Made by a program: the position numbers and the translations under genes. Shown here piece by piece: positions 18,745 through 26,054 of a stretch of 64,000 nt of DNA (position 1 is the first letter of the stretch; each line of letters starts with the position of its first letter). A model generated the notes under the pieces. That model was not told where the DNA came from. It saw only the letters and a list, made by a program, of their open reading frames with translations, and searched no databases. The DNA comes from a virus: the IMG/VR virus record IMGVR_UViG_3300025395_000007; one strand, written 5' to 3'.

Positions 18745-19398
18745 ATGAAGATTGATACAAATACAATTAGCGTTCTAAAAAACTTTGCCAAGATTAACCC
18801 TTCCATTATTGTACAGGAAGGGAACGTCTTGAAGACTATGTCAACAAACAAGACAATTTTGGCAAAGGCAAATGTCAATACAAATTTCGGTAAGCGATTT
18901 GCGATTTATAATCTAGATCGTTTTCTTTCCACCATTAGTTTGTTCAATAATCCTGAACTAAACTTCGGTGAGAAGTCTGTTGAAATTTCAGATGAAACTA
19001 AGAAGATTAATTATACCTATGCTGATGAATCTACCATCGCAAAGGCTCCAGAAAAAGAAATTAATCTTCCATCTGTTGACGTAATCTTTAAGCTTACTAA
19101 TGATAACTTGAAGGATGTTGAAAAGGCAGCTGGTGTTCTTCAGCTTCCAGAAATTCTTGTTTCTGGCGATGGAGTAAATGTATATCTACAGGCTGCTGAT
19201 TCAAAGAATCCTTCAGGTGATGTTTATTCGGTTGCTATTGGTACAACTGATAAGACATTTAAGGCTATCTTTAAGCATGAAAATATTCGTATCATCCCAG
19301 GTGATTATGAAGTAAGTATTTCATCTAAGGGCATCTCTAACTTCAAGGGTGCTGAAGCTGAATACTGGATTGCAGTTGAGCAGTCATCAACTTTCTAA
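18745..19398 (+). CDS. gp45: Sliding clamp
   Basis: T..VLKNFAKINPSI, FAIYNL..FL and YWIAVE motifs; 45-44-62-regA order. Confidence 0.92.
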   Translation: MKIDTNTISVLKNFAKINPSIIVQEGNVLKTMSTNKTILAKANVNTNFGKRFAIYNLDRFLSTISLFNNPELNFGEKSVEISDETKKINYTYADESTIAKAPEKEINLPSVDVIFKLTNDNLKDVEKAAGVLQLPEILVSGDGVNVYLQAADSKNPSGDVYSVAIGTTDKTFKAIFKHENIRIIPGDYEVSISSKGISNFKGAEAEYWIAVEQSSTF

Positions 19399-19399
19399 G

Positions 19400-19443
19400 T
19401 TGACTTTTTTGACTGGGGAGAGTATAATAGCTCTCCCCTTTTT
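19400..19443 (+). promoter_or_regulatory. Sigma70 promoter whose -10 box lies in the loop of a terminator-like hairpin
   Basis: TTGACT-N17-TATAAT; GGGGAGAG-tataatag-CTCTCCCC-TTTTT. Confidence 0.65.
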
Positions 19444-19460
19444 ATATTATGGAGTATATT

Positions 19461-20399
19461 ATGAACGAAGAATTTCTTTGGGTCGAGAAGTATCGTCCAA
19501 AAACTATTGAAGACACTATTCTTCCTGTACAACTAAAAGCAGTGTTTCAACAATTTGTTGAACAACAAAATATCCCTAATCTTATCCTATCAGGTTCAGC
19601 AGGTGTTGGTAAAACAACAGTGGCTCGTGCTATGCTTGAACAATTGGGGTGTGATTATATCGTAATCAACGGGAGTATGAATGGCAACATCGATACGCTT
19701 CGCAATGAGATCCTCAACTTCGCCTCTTCGGTCTCCCTCAGCGGAGGAAGAAAATACGTTATCCTTGACGAGGCTGACTATCTTAACGCAAACTCCACAC
19801 AGCCAGCCCTCCGTAACTTCATGGAGGAGTTCTCGCGGAATTGTGGGTTCATTCTCACATGTAACTTTAAGAACAGAATCATCGAGCCACTTCATTCTCG
19901 GTGTTCAGTAATTGACTTCAAAATCAGCAAGTCTGATATGGCTAAGTTAGCTGGACAATTCTTCAAACGTGTTCAGATGATTTTGGATAATGAAAAGATT
20001 ACCTTTGATACAACTGTTGTTGCAGAAGTAATTAAGAAACACTTCCCTGATTGGAGACGTGTTCTTAATGAGCTTCAACGATATTCAGCAACAGGTAGTA
20101 TTGATTCTGGTATTCTTGCCAATCTTCAGCAAGTGTCTCTAAATGAATTAGTTTCATTGTTGAAAGATAAAAACTTCAGCGGCATCCGTAAGTGGGTCGC
20201 CGAGAATCTTGACAATGATCAAAATACTATATTTCGGAAGCTCTACGACCATTGTTCTGAATTTCTTGTTAAATCAAGTGTACCCGCTCTTGTTCTTCTT
20301 CTTGGTAGGTATCAATACCAAGCAGCTTTCTCGGCCGATTCCGAGATTAATCTTATGGCTTGTTTAACAGAGATGATGATGGAATTGGAGTTCGTATAA
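19461..20399 (+). CDS. gp44: Clamp loader large subunit
   Basis: WVEKYRP, GSAGVGKT, DEAD and SRC motifs. Confidence 0.96.
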   Translation: MNEEFLWVEKYRPKTIEDTILPVQLKAVFQQFVEQQNIPNLILSGSAGVGKTTVARAMLEQLGCDYIVINGSMNGNIDTLRNEILNFASSVSLSGGRKYVILDEADYLNANSTQPALRNFMEEFSRNCGFILTCNFKNRIIEPLHSRCSVIDFKISKSDMAKLAGQFFKRVQMILDNEKITFDTTVVAEVIKKHFPDWRRVLNELQRYSATGSIDSGILANLQQVSLNELVSLLKDKNFSGIRKWVAENLDNDQNTIFRKLYDHCSEFLVKSSVPALVLLLGRYQYQAAFSADSEINLMACLTEMMMELEFV

Positions 20400-20776
20400 T
20401 GAACCCATTTGATTTTGTCAATTCTATTCTTAAAACAAAAAAAGATATAATGATAGATGCCGCTTCTGAGAAGGGGTATTCTTCATTCCTTTGTAATAGA
20501 GCGTTATCCTATCACTCAGATGCTATTCTATATGCTAACGAGATGAATATCAACCATCATCTTGATTCAAAACTTCAATTCCATTATTTAATAAATACAA
20601 TACGTCCAGCTAGCAGACCTTCTGTTAAGTGGGCGAAGCGTAAAGAAAATGATGCGATTGATGCTATACAGAAATACTATGGCTATAATTATGAAAAAGC
20701 CAAAGTAGCACTGTCCATCCTTTCTAAAGAACAAATAAAAATAATTAAGAACAAGTTTGAAAAGGGTGGAACATAA
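20399..20776 (+). CDS. gp62: Clamp loader small subunit
   Basis: PFDFVNSI, NRALSY and YYGYNYEKA motifs; synteny. Confidence 0.9.
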   Translation: MNPFDFVNSILKTKKDIMIDAASEKGYSSFLCNRALSYHSDAILYANEMNINHHLDSKLQFHYLINTIRPASRPSVKWAKRKENDAIDAIQKYYGYNYEKAKVALSILSKEQIKIIKNKFEKGGT

Positions 20777-21178
20777 ATGAATAACTTATTGGATTCTTTA
20801 ATTGAGGTGAGAATAGCAGAGGAAGAAGATTTCTTAAAAATTAAGGAAACTCTAACAAGAATTGGTGTAGCCTCTAGGAAAGAGAAGAAACTATATCAAT
20901 CATGCCATATCTTCCACAAACAAGGTAAATATTACATAGTGCACTTTAAGGAGATGTTTGCTATTGATGGCAAACCTTTTAATTTCTCTGATGAGGATAA
21001 AGGTCGCCGTAATAAAATAGCAGAGCTGCTTCAAGATTGGGGTCTTTTAAAAGTCGTAGAATCGGATATAATCAAAGAACCACTTGCTTCCATGAGCCAG
21101 ATTAAAATTATTAATCATAAAGAAAAGCACGAATGGACTCTTGAAGCCAAGTATAACATGGGGCGTAAAAAGAAATGA
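20777..21178 (+). CDS. regA: Translational repressor RegA
   Basis: DFLKIKETLTRIGVAS and LYQSCHI.HKQGKYYIVHFKE. Confidence 0.96.
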   Translation: MNNLLDSLIEVRIAEEEDFLKIKETLTRIGVASRKEKKLYQSCHIFHKQGKYYIVHFKEMFAIDGKPFNFSDEDKGRRNKIAELLQDWGLLKVVESDIIKEPLASMSQIKIINHKEKHEWTLEAKYNMGRKKK

Positions 21179-21333
21179 AAACCTGCCAGGAAATAGAAGT
21201 TGCTATAAACGAAGTTAAGAAAAGGTTTAAAAAGAAAAAACCTATTGCTAAAACAAATTGTAAAACAACTAATCCAGGCACTCGATGTAAAGAATGTAAT
21301 TGTTGGAAAATGACTAGGGAGTACTGTTCGTAA
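21175..21333 (+). CDS. Small basic Cys-rich protein (52 aa)
   Basis: Manual translation with CKECNC; ATGA and TAATG coupling at both ends. Confidence 0.55.
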   Translation: MKTCQEIEVAINEVKKRFKKKKPIAKTNCKTTNPGTRCKECNCWKMTREYCS

Positions 21334-21698
21334 TGAATTTGCCATGGAAGATTGTGAAGAAAACTTATACACCAGCCGACAAAAAAATAGAAGAAATAAT
21401 TAATTTACTTTTCCCACCTCTTATCTTAGAACAAGAAATAGATAAAGATGGTGGGGTGACTAAGTTCCATATAGATTACTCAGCTGATTCGAATTTAGAT
21501 TCAGTACTGAGTGATCTAGAAGATGGTCATAACGACAAAGCATGTCATGATACTCTTAAAGATATTTCTAATAGATTATTTAAATTGCGTAAGATGTTAG
21601 AAGCCTATAGAGAATTAGATAAAGACGCAAGATATATAATCGTTGAAAACTTTAATAGTAATAATGAGGAAATAGGTTATGACGAAGGACAATATTGA
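21333..21698 (+). CDS. Hypothetical protein
   Basis: Coupled ORF with RBS. Confidence 0.65.
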   Translation: MNLPWKIVKKTYTPADKKIEEIINLLFPPLILEQEIDKDGGVTKFHIDYSADSNLDSVLSDLEDGHNDKACHDTLKDISNRLFKLRKMLEAYRELDKDARYIIVENFNSNNEEIGYDEGQY

Positions 21699-21915
21699 TT
21701 TAGAATTGGATAATCTTTTCAATGCCATTGAAAAAATGATCGACATTCAAGATGTTATCTCATATGAAGAACAGCATGAAAATCGCGCTGCTGCTTATGA
21801 CATAAAAGTAAAACATCATACTCCTGCTAAAAAAGAAGCCCAACAGGCATTCCAATCTGCAGTAAAAGAGATCGTCAGAAAGATGTTTAAAAACAGGACA
21901 CCCTACCATCTATAA
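21679..21915 (+). CDS. Hypothetical protein
   Basis: GAGGA RBS. Confidence 0.6.
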   Translation: MTKDNIDLELDNLFNAIEKMIDIQDVISYEEQHENRAAAYDIKVKHHTPAKKEAQQAFQSAVKEIVRKMFKNRTPYHL

Positions 21916-21921
21916 TAGGTG

Positions 21922-21949
21922 TTGACTTTTTCTCCAAATAGGGTATAAT
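21922..21949 (+). promoter_or_regulatory. Sigma70-type early promoter
   Basis: TTGACT-N16-TATAAT with AAATAGGG upstream of the -10 box. Confidence 0.75.
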
Positions 21950-21973
21950 GGTAATACCATTGGAGAAAATGAA

Positions 21974-22336
21974 ATGACGATGCACCTTCTTCCTGCCTTC
22001 GTTACTACGACGAGGACTCCCCGTAAAGCTAAGAGTAAGACTGATACATCCAAGCATGACGCATGGTTGATGAAGCACGGCGTTCATCCTACTCAAATTA
22101 AGCGAAAGAAAAGTGTTGACTTAAATTGGGTTTCAAGGTATAATGATACTATGGTTGTTGATCGATCCGATTATGTAAGTCTAGGGATTAACGGTAATTG
22201 TCCGAAAGCCCCTGAGAAAGTATATACTGGCGGTAATCTCGTTGGTATTGCTACGATGCATAAGTCGAATATGGTTCCAATCTTTGCTGAGTCTATTCAA
22301 GATGCTCAGGATATCGCTAGAATGAGGAGAGGTTGA
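21974..22336 (+). CDS. Hypothetical phage protein
   Basis: YTG..LVGIATMHKSNMVP C-terminal motif; GGAGA RBS. Confidence 0.7.
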   Translation: MTMHLLPAFVTTTRTPRKAKSKTDTSKHDAWLMKHGVHPTQIKRKKSVDLNWVSRYNDTMVVDRSDYVSLGINGNCPKAPEKVYTGGNLVGIATMHKSNMVPIFAESIQDAQDIARMRRG

Positions 22337-22524
22337 TGCAAATTAAAGATAAGCTAGTCAAGGTGAACGATAATTTCAGTGTTCTAATGTATGATAACGG
22401 TTTCATGATTGAGATCGCTGGACGTGATCGCAATGATAATTGGGCGACCGCAAAAATTATGGCACATGATATTGAAGAACTGATTGTTCTTATTAAAGAA
22501 GCAATAACCATTACGAGAGATTAA
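22336..22524 (+). CDS. Hypothetical protein
   Basis: GAGGAG RBS; TGATG coupling. Confidence 0.65.
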   Translation: MQIKDKLVKVNDNFSVLMYDNGFMIEIAGRDRNDNWATAKIMAHDIEELIVLIKEAITITRD

Positions 22525-22525
22525 A

Positions 22526-22699
22526 ATGGATAACGTACAGATTCAACTCCAAGACCAAACTGGTAACTGGCGTACTTATCAAGTTACATTGAATCACTCG
22601 CAATATATTATTTCTGGGATGCGTAGTCTTGCATCTCAATTCCCTAATCAACGTGTAAGAGCGGTTGATATGAACGGACGATTACTTGACATTCTTTGA
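22526..22699 (+). CDS. Small hypothetical protein (57 aa)
   Basis: Manual translation MDNVQIQLQDQTGNWRTY...GRLLDIL. Confidence 0.6.
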   Translation: MDNVQIQLQDQTGNWRTYQVTLNHSQYIISGMRSLASQFPNQRVRAVDMNGRLLDIL

Positions 22700-22752
22700 A
22701 AAAAAGTGTTGACTTTTGTCTTTTTCTATAGTAAGATTACTAAATAATGTGA

Positions 22753-23022
22753 ATGGAGAAACTAATGACGACTAATCTACAAAAGGTGTACGAAGCTCTT
22801 GTTGTAAACGGTGAAGAACTCACCGCAAAGCAGATCTCTGCACGTTATAATATCGCTAACCCACATGATGCTGTTTATCAGCTTCGTATGAAGGGCTATT
22901 CGATTTATAAGAATGAACATACGAATTCAAAGGGACACGTTACTAACAAGTATCGTTTTGGAACACCGTCCCGCAATGTTATCGCTGCAGGCTACAAAGC
23001 ACTCGCAGCGGGTCTCGTCTAA
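22753..23022 (+). CDS. Small winged-helix DNA-binding protein (start may be 22765)
   Basis: LTAKQISARYNIANPHDAVYQLRMKGYSI helix-turn-helix pattern; own promoter and terminator. Confidence 0.65.
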   Translation: MEKLMTTNLQKVYEALVVNGEELTAKQISARYNIANPHDAVYQLRMKGYSIYKNEHTNSKGHVTNKYRFGTPSRNVIAAGYKALAAGLV

Positions 23023-23046
23023 AGAATCCCAAAATTTGGGTCTTTG

Positions 23047-23073
23047 AGGCGGGATGAAAATCCCGCCTTTTTT
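23047..23073 (+). terminator. Intrinsic terminator
   Basis: AGGCGGGAT-GAAA-ATCCCGCCT followed by a U tract. Confidence 0.85.
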
Positions 23074-23090
23074 ATTGTTGAAAATAGTTG

Positions 23091-23118
23091 TTGACTTATT
23101 TTCAATTTACGGTATAAT
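23091..23118 (+). promoter_or_regulatory. Sigma70-type promoter of the tRNA region
   Basis: TTGACT-N16-TATAAT. Confidence 0.8.
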
Positions 23119-23129
23119 GATACTTGTGA

Positions 23130-23141
23130 TGCTGTTTGACA
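23130..23141 (+). promoter_or_regulatory. boxA-like antitermination element
   Basis: TGCTGTTTGACA versus rrn boxA TGCTCTTTAACA, just after the predicted start site. Confidence 0.5.
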
Positions 23142-23167
23142 TTGTTAGAGAGAAAAGATAACTTCGG

Positions 23168-23325
23168 TTATCTCTTCATAGATACTACACGGGGTACCGC
23201 CTATGGACGCATAGGCTAATGAGCGATTGGGCCATCATGCCGCTCTAAGACAACCTGACCAATGGCTAATGACGGCTGCAACCGACTCAGAAATTTGGTT
23301 TTATGTAGTATCTTTGAAGAGATAA
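23168..23325 (+). ncRNA. Structured RNA closed by a 22-bp stem
   Basis: TTATCTCTTCATAGATACTACA pairs with TGTAGTATCTTTGAAGAGATAA (one mismatch); internal hairpins. Confidence 0.55.
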
Positions 23326-23346
23326 AAGAGTTTTGGAAGGTACTGG

Positions 23347-23507
23347 CTAGGCGCTGGTATCTGTATTCCCTGGCAGGAGTACGAACGAGGGATGCCAGTC
23401 TTTCTAGTAGCCAAATAACTAATTGTAGCAGTATGGCACTGCTTGTGAAGCACCTACGGAGATGGTAGGAGAGCAGATGAGCAATCATCTAACAAAACAA
23501 ATGCCAA
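23347..23507 (+). ncRNA. Candidate structured RNA(s) upstream of tRNA-His
   Basis: CTGGTATC/GATGCCAG, GTATTCC/GGAGTAC, AGCAGT/ACTGCT, CCTAC/GTAGG and AGATG/CATCT stems. Confidence 0.4.
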
Positions 23508-23514
23508 TCGATTT

Positions 23515-23590
23515 GCGGTCTTAGTGTTGAGGGTCAGCACATGAGTTTGTGGCACTCAAAGAACTGGTTCGATCCCAGTAGACCGTACCA
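23515..23590 (+). tRNA. tRNA-His(GTG)
   Basis: Cloverleaf; TGAGT-TTGTGGC-ACTCA; encoded CCA; G1-U72 and A73. Confidence 0.9.
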
Positions 23591-23758
23591 AAGAATTGCA
23601 GGGGATGGATACCTGTAAATCACCGATGACAAGAGTTGTGTATTGATTATCGGGTATAGTCGCAGCCACTGGGGTCTGCTTGACACAAACGTCTTATCCA
23701 ATTAAATCTACTCCGCGAAAAGGGAGATGCTGGATGGCAGTAACCAGCAACGAATTTA

Positions 23759-23847
23759 GGGGTGGCTGCTCAGACGGCGGATGGGCACGGGGCTGTAAAC
23801 CTCGCACATAGGAAACGGAGTTGGTTCGAATCCAACCCGCCCCACCA
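23759..23847 (+). tRNA. tRNA-Tyr(GTA)
   Basis: CGGGG-CTGTAAA-CCTCG; long variable region; ACCA end. Confidence 0.85.
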
Positions 23848-23852
23848 TATAC

Positions 23853-23928
23853 GAACCCATAGCACAATTGGTGGTGCAAGATGCTTTTAACTTCTAGGTT
23901 ACAGGTTCAAATCCTGTTGGGTTCACCA
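23853..23928 (+). tRNA. tRNA-Lys(TTT)
   Basis: GAACCCA/TGGGTTC acceptor stem; CTTTTAA loop. Confidence 0.88.
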
Positions 23929-24015
23929 ATGTTGTGTTGGTCGAGATTCCATTAACACTCGACAAGTCCTAGTCTGCCTGTAGTATACTGCAGTTTAGAT
24001 CGGGCACCAAAGTTT

Positions 24016-24120
24016 GCTTCCATGAACTAATTGCTTCTAGTACTGGTACCGGAAAAAAGCATTGCCCAAGTTCTCCTCGTCGTGGGGAGTATGTAGGTTG
24101 GAATCCTACTGGGAGCTCCT
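24016..24120 (+). ncRNA. tRNA-like RNA with a ~40-nt expansion in the D loop
   Basis: GCTTCCA/TGGGAGC acceptor stem; GTAGG-TTGGAAT-CCTAC T arm; ends in TCCT. Confidence 0.5.
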
Positions 24121-24130
24121 AACTAAATAT

Positions 24131-24207
24131 GGACTACTAGCTCAATAGGTTAGAGCATCTGACTCTTAATCAGAGGGTTCGCAGTTCGATTCTGCGGTAG
24201 TCTACCA
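24131..24207 (+). tRNA. tRNA-Lys(CTT)
   Basis: TCTGA-CTCTTAA-TCAGA; ACCA end. Confidence 0.92.
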
Positions 24208-24220
24208 ATTTGGAGATGTT

Positions 24221-24862
24221 ATGGCAAATATCGGCATTTATAAACACCATCCTTACTGTTCTGAACAATCTTCTTCTGGTGTTGTAGATGCTATAAACCA
24301 TTTCCATAAATGTAGTTATTTTAATGAAACTGATATTACTCCTGAGTTTTTAAGTCAATTTGATATGATAATATTTCCTGGAGGTATTGGTGACTCAGAA
24401 GAATTCTTTAATTTATTTCATTGGAGAAAAGCTGCAATAGTAAATGATTATGTAAAATCTGGAGGAAAATATCTTGGAATATGCATGGGTGCTTATTGGG
24501 CTGGTTCTCGTTACTTTGATATTATCGATAGCTTAGATGCAGTTCAATATATTAAACAGCCTGATGCATTAATAAAACGTAGTTATGGAACTGTTGTCCC
24601 AGTAATGTGGGAAGGTAATAATGAAATAATATATTTCTATGACGGATGTACTTTTGATGGAGACATATCTAAAGCACAAATCATAGGAAGTTATGGTTCG
24701 GGTCATCCTGCTGCGATAATTCAAGGTAATATAGGTTTGATTGGTCCGCATCCAGAGGCAAATGAGTTTTGGTTTGATACATGGAAATATATGCCAGATT
24801 ATTTTCATCGTGGTCACCATCATAAGTTGCTAAGAGAGTTTGTTAATAAATTGCTTAGATAG
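24221..24862 (+). CDS. Class I glutamine amidotransferase-like protein (BPL_N-like)
   Basis: FPGG, YLGICMGAY and GPHPE (Cys-His-Glu triad). Confidence 0.75.
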   Translation: MANIGIYKHHPYCSEQSSSGVVDAINHFHKCSYFNETDITPEFLSQFDMIIFPGGIGDSEEFFNLFHWRKAAIVNDYVKSGGKYLGICMGAYWAGSRYFDIIDSLDAVQYIKQPDALIKRSYGTVVPVMWEGNNEIIYFYDGCTFDGDISKAQIIGSYGSGHPAAIIQGNIGLIGPHPEANEFWFDTWKYMPDYFHRGHHHKLLREFVNKLLR

Positions 24863-24928
24863 CTCAGTTGGTAGAGCAGTGGTTTGAAGAACCACGTGTC
24901 GGCGGTTCGACCCCGTCTCTAAGCACCA
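24853..24928 (+). tRNA. tRNA-Phe(GAA)
   Basis: GTGGT-TTGAAGA-ACCAC; ACCA end. Confidence 0.92.
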
Positions 24929-24942
24929 TATAGGAGTATATC

Positions 24943-25155
24943 ATGTTTACAGTTGAACAAGTATTACAATGGCAAGGGATCAGCGTAGTTGATAGTCTTG
25001 TAGCATCTGATTTGTGTAAGTCTAAATCAGATGCTCGACGTATGATTGATCAGGGCGCTATTAAGGTAGATGATATGAAAGTAACTGATCATAATGCAGT
25101 TGTATTATTCAGTCCAGATAAAACAAAACATGTATTAGTACAAATTGGCGCATAG
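24943..25155 (+). CDS. Stand-alone S4 RNA-binding domain resembling the TyrRS C-terminal domain
   Basis: LVASDLCKSKSDARRMIDQGAIKVDDMKVTD; AGGAG RBS. Confidence 0.75.
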   Translation: MFTVEQVLQWQGISVVDSLVASDLCKSKSDARRMIDQGAIKVDDMKVTDHNAVVLFSPDKTKHVLVQIGA

Positions 25156-25220
25156 CTCAGAGGTAGAGCACTGTCCTGATAAGACAGGGGTGGTTGGATC
25201 GTTACCAACTGTGCCAACCA
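25146..25220 (+). tRNA. tRNA-Ile(GAT)
   Basis: CTGTC-CTGATAA-GACAG; T loop ATCGTTA. Confidence 0.88.
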
Positions 25221-25225
25221 ATTAT

Positions 25226-25299
25226 GGTGCGTTCGGCTAATGGTAGGCCTCTTGATTTTCGCTCAGGCAACAGGAGTTCGATTCTCCTACGCACTACCA
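25226..25299 (+). tRNA. tRNA-Glu(TTC)
   Basis: CTTGA-TTTTCGC-TCAGG; ACCA end. Confidence 0.85.
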
Positions 25300-25306
25300 A
25301 TACAAT

Positions 25307-25385
25307 CAGAGTGTGGGGAAGTCTGGTCGTTCCCGCCTCCCTTGGAAGGAGGAGCTCGGTGGTTCAAATCCACCCACTTTGACCA
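25307..25385 (+). tRNA. tRNA-Pro(TGG)
   Basis: CCTCC-CTTGGAA-GGAGG; C1-G72. Confidence 0.9.
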
Positions 25386-25390
25386 TTAAA

Positions 25391-25453
25391 GGCAGACCCA
25401 CAGATAGCTGCCTCCGCCATACGCGAAACGTGGGATGGGCTGCGTATGCGGGG
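25391..25453 (+). ncRNA. Two-hairpin kissing-loop RNA candidate
   Basis: GGCAG/CTGCC and CATACGC/GCGTATG hairpins; loop segments CCCAC and GTGGG are complementary. Confidence 0.45.
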
Positions 25454-25492
25454 TTTGGTGGTTTCCCTGACACAAGAAAAACCACCACTATA

Positions 25493-25813
25493 TTATTTCT
25501 TTTTTAATGATGCTACTAGATCAGCAAGAGCCTGATGATCTTCTTGAATATCTTTTAAAATTTCTACAAGATGTTCGTGATCTTCTTCTGCACGTTCTTC
25601 TGCTGCTTTACCAGCAAGGTTTTGGCCTACCATAATAAGAGGTAGTGCAACAAGCTGGATAATACCGCCAGATACGTAAAATACAAAATCTTGTAGAGAT
25701 GGTATTACAGTTGGTAACATTGACCAGATAAAAAAGAAATATACGCACCAAATGCTTGACATCCAAGCAACAGTTTTAAGAGCAATTGAGTCATTAATTT
25801 TAGATAAGTTCAT
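25493..25813 (-). CDS. Small membrane protein (DUF1003-like)
   Basis: Two hydrophobic helices, QLVALPLIMVGQN, then a coiled coil; AGGAG RBS before the ATG at 25813. Confidence 0.7.
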   Translation of the reverse strand: MNLSKINDSIALKTVAWMSSIWCVYFFFIWSMLPTVIPSLQDFVFYVSGGIIQLVALPLIMVGQNLAGKAAEERAEEDHEHLVEILKDIQEDHQALADLVASLKKK

Positions 25814-25851
25814 TTTTATTCTCCTTAATAAGGTTATTTGATATTTATCTG

Positions 25852-25879
25852 TTGACTTATTCTCTAAATAAGGTATACT
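25852..25879 (+). promoter_or_regulatory. Sigma70-type promoter for the second tRNA block
   Basis: TTGACT-N16-TATACT with AAATAAGG. Confidence 0.75.
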
Positions 25880-25895
25880 AAGTAATATAGAGTTT

Positions 25896-25970
25896 TGGGA
25901 AGTGGCGCAGCGGTAGCGCAGGTGACTGTTAATCACTTGGTCGTAGGTTCGAATCCTACCTTTCCAGCCA
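25896..25970 (+). tRNA. tRNA-Asn(GTT)
   Basis: GGTGA-CTGTTAA-TCACT; GCCA end. Confidence 0.93.
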
Positions 25971-25975
25971 ATTCT

Positions 25976-26051
25976 GCCCTTATAGCTCATTTGGTAGAGC
26001 AGTTGCTTTGTAAGCATCAGGTGGTCAGTTCGAATCCGACTGGGGGCACCA
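25976..26051 (+). tRNA. tRNA-Thr(TGT)
   Basis: TTTGTAA loop; G1-C72 and C2-G71. Confidence 0.92.
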
Positions 26052-26054
26052 TAC

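Noticed and set aside
736-20000. Alternative-frame and antisense ORFs nested in core genes
   Set aside because: Explained by codon bias of the real genes; no independent expression signals
23199-23247. Hammerhead ribozyme (hairpin followed by CTAATGAG)
   Set aside because: The following stem ends in CTAAG rather than the required CGAAA, and I could not build stem III
25386-25455. tRNA-associated HDV-like (theta) ribozyme
   Set aside because: The nested P1/P2/P3 topology and J4/2 cytosine could not be fitted, and the tRNAs already encode CCA
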